A stretch of DNA of 64,000 nt from Planctomycetota bacterium. GTDB taxonomy: Bacteria; Planctomycetota; GCA-002687715; DRQF01. The stretch lies in contig JBLINQ010000008.1 of assembly GCA_047639315.1 (NCBI GenBank), positions 810 to 64,809 on the forward strand. Reading direction: 5' to 3'. The position numbers and the translations under genes are program-made. Below, in pieces: positions 56,979-64,000 of the stretch. Under the pieces are notes generated by a model, which had not been told where the DNA came from, did no database searches, and was given only the letters and a program-made list of their open reading frames with translations. Position 1 is the first letter of the stretch, and each line of letters starts with the position of its first letter.

Positions 56979-57580
56979 AGCAGTCGACCGAAAACGAATC
57001 CCCGAGCATGGTTGAGGAAATTAAGTTAATCGAATCCGGTTTGAAGCGCCGCGAGGAGCAACTCCTCGGCCTTGAGCAGAAACTGGATGCTGCGGTTGAC
57101 GCTCTTGCTCTGGACCTTAGCGCGGTAAGTTTGCCCCCGAACATGGGGGCAATTTTGAATCAGTTGCCCGAGGAAGAAACCATGCCCGAGCCAGAAGAGC
57201 AACCGGTCGAAAAACATCCTGAAACTCATATCGAGCCGTTGATTCAACCTGAGAACCCTGAGCTTGCCCAGCTCCCAACGCCGGTTTCTGGACAGCCCAC
57301 CCTTCGCGATCCGGCTGTGATTGAGCTTCTTCATCAAAGTGCCGGTATGGCCCAACGGCAAGAGCACACTCGGGTCAGTGTTGAGAACCTTGACAAGAAG
57401 GTCGACACCTTGGCTCGTGAGCTTCACCAGTGGCGAGGCGAGGACGATCGCCGTGAAGCCGAAAAGAAGGACGCTGGAGGTCTTTTCTTGGGTATGTCCA
57501 CAAATGAACTAAAACGTCTTGTAGGCATGGGCGTTTTCTTCCTGCTCATTGTCATCATTTGGCACCTGATCGTCGACTAA
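56975..57580 (+). CDS. Hypothetical coiled-coil protein with C-terminal TM anchor
   Basis: ATGA-type overlap with the upstream gene, heptad-rich, C-terminal LVGMGVFFLLIVIIWHLI. Confidence 0.65.
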   Translation: MKQSTENESPSMVEEIKLIESGLKRREEQLLGLEQKLDAAVDALALDLSAVSLPPNMGAILNQLPEEETMPEPEEQPVEKHPETHIEPLIQPENPELAQLPTPVSGQPTLRDPAVIELLHQSAGMAQRQEHTRVSVENLDKKVDTLARELHQWRGEDDRREAEKKDAGGLFLGMSTNELKRLVGMGVFFLLIVIIWHLIVD

Positions 57581-57631
57581 GATGAAGAGTCGCCTCGGCG
57601 CCTCTAGTCATTGGCAAGGATCGGACTCGAG

Positions 57632-58126
57632 ATGAAGAAACAGATATTCACTTACAAGAGCCAGCTGTCCTGTTCTGCGGAAGAACTCTATCAGTGGCAT
57701 GCTCAGCCCGAGTGTTTCGAACTTCTGACCCCTGACTGGGCCAATACCACGCTCCTTTCTCAGGAAGGAACGATCGAAGAGGAAGGCTCACGCGCCCATC
57801 TGAAAATGAAGATGGGGCCCATCCCTCGGTCGTGGATCGCGGAGCACTACGACTGCATCCCAAATAAACAGTTTTGCGACCGTCAAATTGTTGGGCCGTT
57901 TTCACTGTGGGAACATCAGCATCTCTTTGAGGCCAACGACGAAGGGGTCGTTCTGCACGATCGCATTCACTTTGTTCTCCCTGGCTGGTGGTTCGGGCAG
58001 ATTTTTGGCGGCAGATTTACTAAGAAGAAACTATTGCGCTTGTTTGAATATCGCCATCATCAGACGGCTCAGCATTTGGGCGCGACGATGACGCATTTGG
58101 GTTCTTCGTGCGAACCTGAATCCTAA
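57632..58126 (+). CDS. SRPBCC/cyclase-family protein
   Basis: LYQWH..PECFELLTP, WIAEH, FCDRQIVGPF..WEHQHLF, LFEYRH. Confidence 0.85.
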   Translation: MKKQIFTYKSQLSCSAEELYQWHAQPECFELLTPDWANTTLLSQEGTIEEEGSRAHLKMKMGPIPRSWIAEHYDCIPNKQFCDRQIVGPFSLWEHQHLFEANDEGVVLHDRIHFVLPGWWFGQIFGGRFTKKKLLRLFEYRHHQTAQHLGATMTHLGSSCEPES

Positions 58127-58189
58127 GAACTATTTTGCGCATAGTCGTCGCTATGTAGTCGATCGTTTTTTTCGTCCAGGAGCAGGACC

Positions 58190-58738
58190 ATGAAGCTGTG
58201 TTTGTTGGCGATTCTTGTCGCGCTACTTGGGTGTTCGACGGCAACAGATACAGAGCAAGTCCAAGAGCAATCGACCAAGCCGGGAGAGAATCCATGGGTG
58301 GTGATCAATGGCTCCGACAGCCTGCTGCAGCAAAAGTCTTACCTGCGCATCACGACCAAGAAGGACTTGGCTGTCGTTTGGCAACGTCACAAGGGCCAGT
58401 CCACAACAGAGCCTTTTGACTTCTATTACAATCCCTTGGGAATGCCGACGATCGACTTTGAAACATCCATGGTTGTAGCCATCTTTGATGGCCGTGGTTG
58501 GAACAACGCGGGCATCGATGCGCGTCGAGTCTTTATCAGAAACGATGACCTTGTTGTCCGCTATCAGGACAAGAGTTTTCAAACGGCCGGGATAGATGGT
58601 GGTGGGCAATTGGGCGCTGCCTATGGTTTCTTCATCTTGCCGCGTTCAAATCGGAAGCTCGTGATTGAGGAAGATGATCAGACCATGGGTGATGGCGGCC
58701 CTAAATGGAAAATCGTGGCGCAGCTTCCCAAATTGTAG
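58190..58738 (+). CDS. Lipoprotein with PrcB C-terminal-like domain
   Basis: LLGC lipobox; P.IDFETSMVVAIF.G...AGI...V......LVVRY pattern. Confidence 0.6.
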   Translation: MKLCLLAILVALLGCSTATDTEQVQEQSTKPGENPWVVINGSDSLLQQKSYLRITTKKDLAVVWQRHKGQSTTEPFDFYYNPLGMPTIDFETSMVVAIFDGRGWNNAGIDARRVFIRNDDLVVRYQDKSFQTAGIDGGGQLGAAYGFFILPRSNRKLVIEEDDQTMGDGGPKWKIVAQLPKL

Positions 58739-58829
58739 CACCTTCTCCAGTCTGCTCTCCTTGGCTCACGCATTCTCATAGACCAAGTCAAAGTTGGCTG
58801 ACTCAAACCGGTTCATAAAGAGAAAATCG

Positions 58830-59264
58830 ATGCCACACGCTCCATTTCATTTGGCTATTCAGGTTCGAGATATTGAAGAAGCTCGCCAGTTCTATGGTCG
58901 TGATCTGGGTTTCGCCGAAGGGCGAAGTTCGGACGAATGGATTGACTTCGACTTCTATGGCCATCAGTTGGTGGTTCATTTGAATCGCGAGATCGGAGTG
59001 GCGGGTTGTGTGAACGGCTCATCGAACCCCGTTGATGGTAAAGGGGTCCCAGTGCCACATTTCGGCGTTGTTCTCGAAATGGATGCGTGGCAGGCCTTAG
59101 CAGCCCAGCTGAGTGGTGTGATCGACAAGTTCATTGTCAAGCCGTACGTGAGATTCGAAGGACAGACGGGGGAGCAAGCTACGATGTTCTTCGCCGATCC
59201 TTCCGGGAACGCCCTTGAGTTCAAAGCATTCAAGGACATCGAAGGTCAACTGTTTGCTAAGTGA
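58830..59264 (+). CDS. VOC/glyoxalase family protein
   Basis: PFHLA..V.D...AR.FY, WIDFDFYGHQLV, VPVPHFG, DPSGNALEFK. Confidence 0.9.
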   Translation: MPHAPFHLAIQVRDIEEARQFYGRDLGFAEGRSSDEWIDFDFYGHQLVVHLNREIGVAGCVNGSSNPVDGKGVPVPHFGVVLEMDAWQALAAQLSGVIDKFIVKPYVRFEGQTGEQATMFFADPSGNALEFKAFKDIEGQLFAK

Positions 59265-59273
59265 CGAAGCCTC

Positions 59274-60527
59274 TTAACTACCAGCTGCACAAGCTCGGCC
59301 ACGTTCTTCATTGACCCGCCCAAGAAGGAAGAAACTCACGACAAAGCAACCCAAGAAGTAGGCGATGCCACCTTCCAATCTTTCGTTGAAGAAATACAAC
59401 AATAAAAGGTTGCCCGCTGGCGCAAGGATCGCCGCGACTCGCCCAAAGAACCCCCAGAATCCGAAGATCTCACCACTGCGACCTTTCGGTGCCAGCAGCG
59501 CAACGGTGGCGCGAATGGCCGAAAGTGAAGCGCCCATGGCGAAGCCGGCGAGGAGTGCTGCGGCCCAGAAGCCAACACGATCAGGCTTGAGCAACAGCAA
59601 GAGTCCAGCCAGAGCCCAAAGTAGGGTCGTCATCCGAACCGTGTTGGTCGTGCCAAAGATGGAAGCCATTCGACCACTCGCCATGGCGCCAAAGAACGCA
59701 CTTACCTGACTGACAAGTAGAATGAAGACGACGTCTTTTTGCGACAAGCCTGCCAGTTGGGTGCCATAAATTCCGGCATACTGAATGACGCCATAGATGC
59801 CGATTTGTAGCACCAATGCCGCAGCAAAGAAGCTAAATAGATCAGGCAGCTTGGCACGATCTCGGATCGTTTCACCAGACTCTCGAATGCCGTTGCGTAC
59901 GGCTTCTTTGATCGGGACGAAGCCGCGTTCTTGCTCTTTCACGAAGAGAAAGGTTGGCAGGCCACCGATAAGAAAGAACACGGCTACGATCACGCCGCTA
60001 AGGCGTGCCCCAGTGGCCATGCCCCAAAGCTCCATGGCCCCCAAGCACAGGGCCAAAGCCGCTAAGCCGCCGATATAGCCAACGCCCCAACCCCATGCCG
60101 ATATTTTGGCGACATCTTCGGGTTCGGCCAATTCTGGCAAGAAAGCGGCAACCAGGTTCTCGCCACTGGCAAAGGCGGCATTGGCCAGGACGACGAGAAT
60201 GAGGGCGAGGGTGACGTCGCCAGGTTGTAGAAACGACAAACAAGCCGTCAAAGCAACACACGTCAAGAAGCTCACCAGCAAGAATCTCTTCTTACGACCT
60301 CCGTGGTCGGCAATCGCACCAATAACGGGGGCCGTGAAAATGACGATGAGGTTAGAGACGAAGAGGCCGATGCTCCACAGCCTGGTGCCGTCTTCCTTGG
60401 CGATCGTCTCAACAAAGTAAACGTTGAAAACAGCCGTGATGATGACGGTCGTGAATGAGGAATTGCCGAAATCGAAAAGACACCAAGAGGCGATGGCTCT
60501 CTTGTCTTTGACGATCTTATCGCTCAT
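59274..60527 (-). CDS. MFS transporter, UMF1/ATG22 family
   Basis: SWCLFDFGNSSF, GAIAD..G.KK, SAWGWGVGYIGG, EIFGFWGFFGR; about 12 TM. Confidence 0.88.
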   Translation of the reverse strand: MSDKIVKDKRAIASWCLFDFGNSSFTTVIITAVFNVYFVETIAKEDGTRLWSIGLFVSNLIVIFTAPVIGAIADHGGRKKRFLLVSFLTCVALTACLSFLQPGDVTLALILVVLANAAFASGENLVAAFLPELAEPEDVAKISAWGWGVGYIGGLAALALCLGAMELWGMATGARLSGVIVAVFFLIGGLPTFLFVKEQERGFVPIKEAVRNGIRESGETIRDRAKLPDLFSFFAAALVLQIGIYGVIQYAGIYGTQLAGLSQKDVVFILLVSQVSAFFGAMASGRMASIFGTTNTVRMTTLLWALAGLLLLLKPDRVGFWAAALLAGFAMGASLSAIRATVALLAPKGRSGEIFGFWGFFGRVAAILAPAGNLLLLYFFNERLEGGIAYFLGCFVVSFFLLGRVNEERGRACAAGS

Positions 60528-61428
60528 CGGGATCATCCACGATGCGGCTGGATCCTTGGACATCGATCACATTTTCATCCATCAACTCTTGCGGAGCGGC
60601 ATCGAAACTCTCTTGTTGATTGGGCTGCTGAAAAGGACTTTGGTCGTCAGCTCCGACGCCTTGGCCAAACTTGAAGAATCCTGATGAGAGGCCCAGGCCT
60701 TCTCGCGCTTCTACCATCAGTCTTTCCTTCAGAGTGGCAATGATAAAGTAGATGCCAATGAAGGGCGTGATCCACCATTGTTGACCCGGAGCAAATACCG
60801 GCAACACGATGAGGCCGAGCGCAAAGTAGAGGCCTATTTTGCAAGACGTCCTGGTCCCTTGAAGCCGCCCGAGGCGAGCGCTGAGAAGAGCCCGAAGAAC
60901 GCGACCCCCGTCACAGGGGAAACACGGGATCAAGTTGAGGAAGCTCAAGAGAATGTTGAGCCCAAAGAAGACGATGAGAAGATCGTCGCTTCGGAGGAAT
61001 GTCCGCCGATCCTCCAAGAAGAATACGATGCTCTCGAGGCTGATTTCGTTCGTTCGCCCCAAAGCCGCGATCACGATGAAGGTGATCCCTGCCAAGAGTA
61101 GATTCATGGCTGGCCCGGCGACTGCAATCAGGCCTTCTTGTTTGGGATCCTTGAGTTCGCCGGCGATACGAGCCATGCCACCGAGGGGGGTGAGGATGAC
61201 GTCAATCACCCGAACATTAAGTTTCCGGGCAACAATGGCATGCCCGAGCTCATGTAGAATGACGGTGCCGAAAAGAATGAGAGGACCTAAGAGTCTGAGG
61301 CCGACGTCGAGTCCGGAGCCACCTGCAGACAGGGCAAGAAGGACCATCAATGCACCAAGAAAGATGAAGCTCCCGTGGATCTTCACCGCAACGTCACCAA
61401 CCGAAAAGAGCTCATAGCCGCTTCGCAT
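60517..61428 (-). CDS. Site-2 protease family (M50) membrane metalloprotease
   Basis: HELGH, IAVAGP, FLNLIPCFPCDGGRV. Confidence 0.9.
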   Translation of the reverse strand: MRSGYELFSVGDVAVKIHGSFIFLGALMVLLALSAGGSGLDVGLRLLGPLILFGTVILHELGHAIVARKLNVRVIDVILTPLGGMARIAGELKDPKQEGLIAVAGPAMNLLLAGITFIVIAALGRTNEISLESIVFFLEDRRTFLRSDDLLIVFFGLNILLSFLNLIPCFPCDGGRVLRALLSARLGRLQGTRTSCKIGLYFALGLIVLPVFAPGQQWWITPFIGIYFIIATLKERLMVEAREGLGLSSGFFKFGQGVGADDQSPFQQPNQQESFDAAPQELMDENVIDVQGSSRIVDDPDER

Positions 61429-61493
61429 GGGGACTGTTATAACACGATCACAGTCTAGTGCTACGGAACTGAAAAGAAGGACTTATAACTCCC

Positions 61494-61658
61494 ATGTACA
61501 TGATTGGTCGATTCTTACAGATTGTGGGACTTGGAGTTACAGGCTTGGGTTGCCTTATTGCTTTCGATCAGTCGACAAGCGAAGGAACCATGTGGGCATT
61601 CGCGATTTTCGGACTCGTGATTTTTGGCGTTGGGCGGCTGATTAGCCCCAAAGAATAA
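61494..61658 (+). CDS. Small two-helix membrane protein (54 aa), below the ORF-track cutoff
   Basis: MYMIGRFLQIVGLGVTGLGCLIAFDQSTSEGTMWAFAIFGLVIFGVGRLISPKE*; AGGA upstream; fills an otherwise empty intergenic gap. Confidence 0.6.
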   Translation: MYMIGRFLQIVGLGVTGLGCLIAFDQSTSEGTMWAFAIFGLVIFGVGRLISPKE

Positions 61659-61735
61659 GTCGCTCGTGGGGCCGCGAATGGGGAATCTGGTGGAATTCTC
61701 AGAACTGAGAATTTGATTAAAACGCTGGCCCGGAG

Positions 61736-62362
61736 CTAACTGGTTTCAAGTGCGGCCATGATTTCGGCGCTGAGTTCTTCGGCGGGCCGGGTGGCATCCA
61801 ATGCCAAGATTCGGCCAGGGTAGTTTTCGATCAGCCTGGTGTAATTCGCCTTGACCCGCGACAACTTGGCATCATTCTCGAACACATCGATCTGATCGCG
61901 GGTACTCGTGATTCGATGAAGTGCGACATCCACCGGGCATTCTAGGTAAACAGTCAGATCAGGAATCGGATAAGCCGCGTTGATCGTCGCGACGAAGTCG
62001 AGCTCGTCGGACCCTTCCCCTTCATAGGCCAAAGACGAAAGCACGTAGCGCGCACAAACAACATGGCTGCCGTTAGACAGAACTTTCTGGATGCCATCCT
62101 CTTGGTTCCAGAGATGGTCTTGGCGATCAGCGGCGAAAAGAAGAGCAAGTAAGTGGCGATCATGCTCCGCTGATCCAGAGGAAGTTTGTTCTCCGGAAAG
62201 CAATTGACGCAACAACTTGCCAATCGGACGATCGGTGGGTTCCCAGGTATGCTGGCATTTTTGACCACTCGACTGAAAATTCCGGACCAAAGCCTTCGAT
62301 TGGGTCGAAGTGCCAGATCCATCAATTCCTTCAAAGACAATAAATTTGGCGCTACTCGTCAT
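61736..62362 (-). CDS. tmk: Thymidylate kinase
   Basis: FIVFEGIDGSGTSTQ, EPT..PIGKLLR, LLFAADR..H, RYVLSSLAY, PDLTVYL. Confidence 0.85.
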   Translation of the reverse strand: MTSSAKFIVFEGIDGSGTSTQSKALVRNFQSSGQKCQHTWEPTDRPIGKLLRQLLSGEQTSSGSAEHDRHLLALLFAADRQDHLWNQEDGIQKVLSNGSHVVCARYVLSSLAYEGEGSDELDFVATINAAYPIPDLTVYLECPVDVALHRITSTRDQIDVFENDAKLSRVKANYTRLIENYPGRILALDATRPAEELSAEIMAALETS

Positions 62363-64000
62363 TGGCTCGTGTCGTCGTTTCTATTTCGTCCTGACTCCGG
62401 TATTGGAGCTCGTAGAGCCTGCGATAAAGACCGCCTTGACTCAAGAGTTCCTCATGAGTCCCTTGTTCATGAATCTCACCGTGATGCATGACGATGATAC
62501 GGTCTGCCTTCTTGATGGTCGAGAGACGATGGGCAATCACAATGACCGTCCGCTTCTCCATGAGGCGCTCGAGTGCCAATTGGATCAAGTGCTCAGTTTC
62601 GGTGTCAATGTTGGCCGTCGCTTCGTCCAGCACCAAAATGGGAGGATTGTGAACCAAGGTGCGTGCGAATGCGAGCAGTTGTTTTTGCCCTAAGGAAAAA
62701 GTCGCTCCGCGTTCTTCGACTTCAAAATCGAGGCCACCATTCAACTTGCTTAAGAACTCAGTGGCATAAACTCGATTGATGGCGTCATGAAGAACTGCAT
62801 CGCTGTATGACTCATCGCCAAGCCGCAGATTCTCGCGAATCGTATCGGCGAAGAGAAAGACTTCTTGCAAGACCACGCCAACAGATCGTCTGAGGTCGTG
62901 TTTGTCGAGTTCTCGTATGTCAACGCCACTCAATGTGACGGAGCCTGAGCTGATTTCATAGAACCGACTCAGGACGTTGATTAGCGAGCTCTTGCCAGCG
63001 CCGGTGGCTCCGACGATGGCGATCTTTTCGCCGCGTTTTGCGGAGAAGCTGATGCCGTGAAGAACCTCAGTCTCACCGTCATAGGAGAAATGGACATCCT
63101 TGAATTCGATGTCACCGATCTCTCCGAGCTCAGCTATCTTCTTGGCCTCAGCCGGTGACTTGATCTCGTCATCGGTGTCGAGAAGGAGTGCCAGCCGCTC
63201 GCCGGAAGCCATCGCTGATTGAAGCACGTTGTATTTTTCGGAGAGCTGCCGCAGGGGTTCGAAGAACCGTTGCAAGAGAATCCAGAAAGCGAACATGTCG
63301 CCGATCGTTAGGACTCCTTCACCAACGAGGCGGTGTCCGACGATGAGAACCATGCCGGCGCCAATCGCCGAGAAGATGCCAATGCCTGGGAAGAACAAGG
63401 AGAAGTTCTTCACCGTCTTGACGTGAGCGTCTTTTAGTTCTCGATTCCAAGATTCAAAACGATCCCGACTGCGCTTTTCAGTCCTGAAAATTTGGACCAC
63501 TCGAATCCCAGTCACAGCTTCATTGATGAAGCTATTTAACCGTGTGACTCGAGACCGTACTTCTCGGAATAACTGTTGCGCCTCTCGTTTGAAGTAAAAA
63601 CTCCAGAGAGAGATGAACGGGACGAGAGCAAGGCTCAGGAGAGCCAACTCTGCGTTGATAGCAAAAAGAACACTGAGCGTGACGCCGATCATGACGAGGT
63701 CATAGAACAGGACATCGATGCCTGAGGTGAAGAGCTCGGCTAAGGCTTCAATGTCGCTGGTGACTCGAGTCACGAGCTTACCAACCGGGTTGGTGTCAAA
63801 GAACCTTAAGTTGCGGCGCTGTAGATGCCTGAAAACATGATTGCGCAAGTCGCAAATGATATTCTGGCCAGTCTTGTTGGCAATGTGGATTTGAGCGTAG
63901 CGCAGGCCATAGGTGCCTAAGCCAATCCCCGCTCCAAGTATGGCCAAGGTTCCCAGGGCGCCAATGCGAACAAATTCTGAATTCTCAGCGCCGATCTTCA
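62352..64000 (-). CDS. ABC transporter permease/ATP-binding protein (MsbA/MdlB-like), 5' end outside window
   Basis: Frame is open to the window end; GKLVTRVTSD, VGATGAGKSS Walker A, FSLGQKQLL, LVLDEAT, IAHRLST. Confidence 0.92.
   Translation of the reverse strand, partial: KIGAENSEFVRIGALGTLAILGAGIGLGTYGLRYAQIHIANKTGQNIICDLRNHVFRHLQRRNLRFFDTNPVGKLVTRVTSDIEALAELFTSGIDVLFYDLVMIGVTLSVLFAINAELALLSLALVPFISLWSFYFKREAQQLFREVRSRVTRLNSFINEAVTGIRVVQIFRTEKRSRDRFESWNRELKDAHVKTVKNFSLFFPGIGIFSAIGAGMVLIVGHRLVGEGVLTIGDMFAFWILLQRFFEPLRQLSEKYNVLQSAMASGERLALLLDTDDEIKSPAEAKKIAELGEIGDIEFKDVHFSYDGETEVLHGISFSAKRGEKIAIVGATGAGKSSLINVLSRFYEISSGSVTLSGVDIRELDKHDLRRSVGVVLQEVFLFADTIRENLRLGDESYSDAVLHDAINRVYATEFLSKLNGGLDFEVEERGATFSLGQKQLLAFARTLVHNPPILVLDEATANIDTETEHLIQLALERLMEKRTVIVIAHRLSTIKKADRIIVMHHGEIHEQGTHEELLSQGGLYRRLYELQYRSQDEIETTTRANDE

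Noticed and set aside
60778-61417. Long plus-strand ORFs 60778..61101 and 60935..61417 (and similar ones such as 22203..22694, 26760..27266, 44993..45484)
   Set aside because: Antisense or alternate-frame shadows of well-supported genes; no motifs or RBS.
1-64000. tRNA (including tRNA-Sec), rRNA, IS elements, integrases
   Set aside because: No cloverleaf/T-loop signatures in the intergenic gaps I inspected and no transposase or integrase motifs among the ORFs. tRNAscan-SE should confirm.

Overview
A gene-dense bacterial window of moderately high GC, standard code 11. It is most likely from a Planctomycetota genome; this is inferred from the squalene-cyclase-repeat membrane protein, the 'TSCNIG' secreted protein family and the Lys-rich exported proteins. 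I found no rRNA, tRNA, CRISPR array, transposase or integrase. The main result is that three exported proteins are each split by a single in-frame TGA at a redox-Cys position, which the ORF track missed: 1848..2861 (-, WGYR-U-GPC), 50598..51500 (-, HGFY-U-GPC) and 25459..26298 (+, signal peptide then SQ-C-U-GAGG). Each TGA is followed by a hairpin. The first two fit the bacterial SECIS model well and the third only partly. They look like unannotated secreted thioredoxin-fold selenoproteins, and the N-terminal CU type is a motif I do not recognise. Other highlights: (i) a DUF692/MNIO + DUF2063 RiPP (bufferin/oxazolin-like) cluster with two Cys-repeat precursors carrying twin-arginine lipoprotein-type signals; (ii) a murL-murD2 alternative D-Glu peptidoglycan route behind a 1311-aa sulfatase-like membrane protein that lacks the formylglycine motif; (iii) a degenerate SNase-GH113 fusion; (iv) a probable deletion scar leaving two divergent 5'-truncated pseudogenes. 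The rest is a beta-oxidation locus (fadE / CoA ligase, patatin, fadJ, fadI, add), a TonB receptor-YfiR-hybrid kinase-SagB-like cassette, peptidases, lon, mutM, mog, tmk and transporters. All family calls come from motif recognition by eye; no database searches were run.
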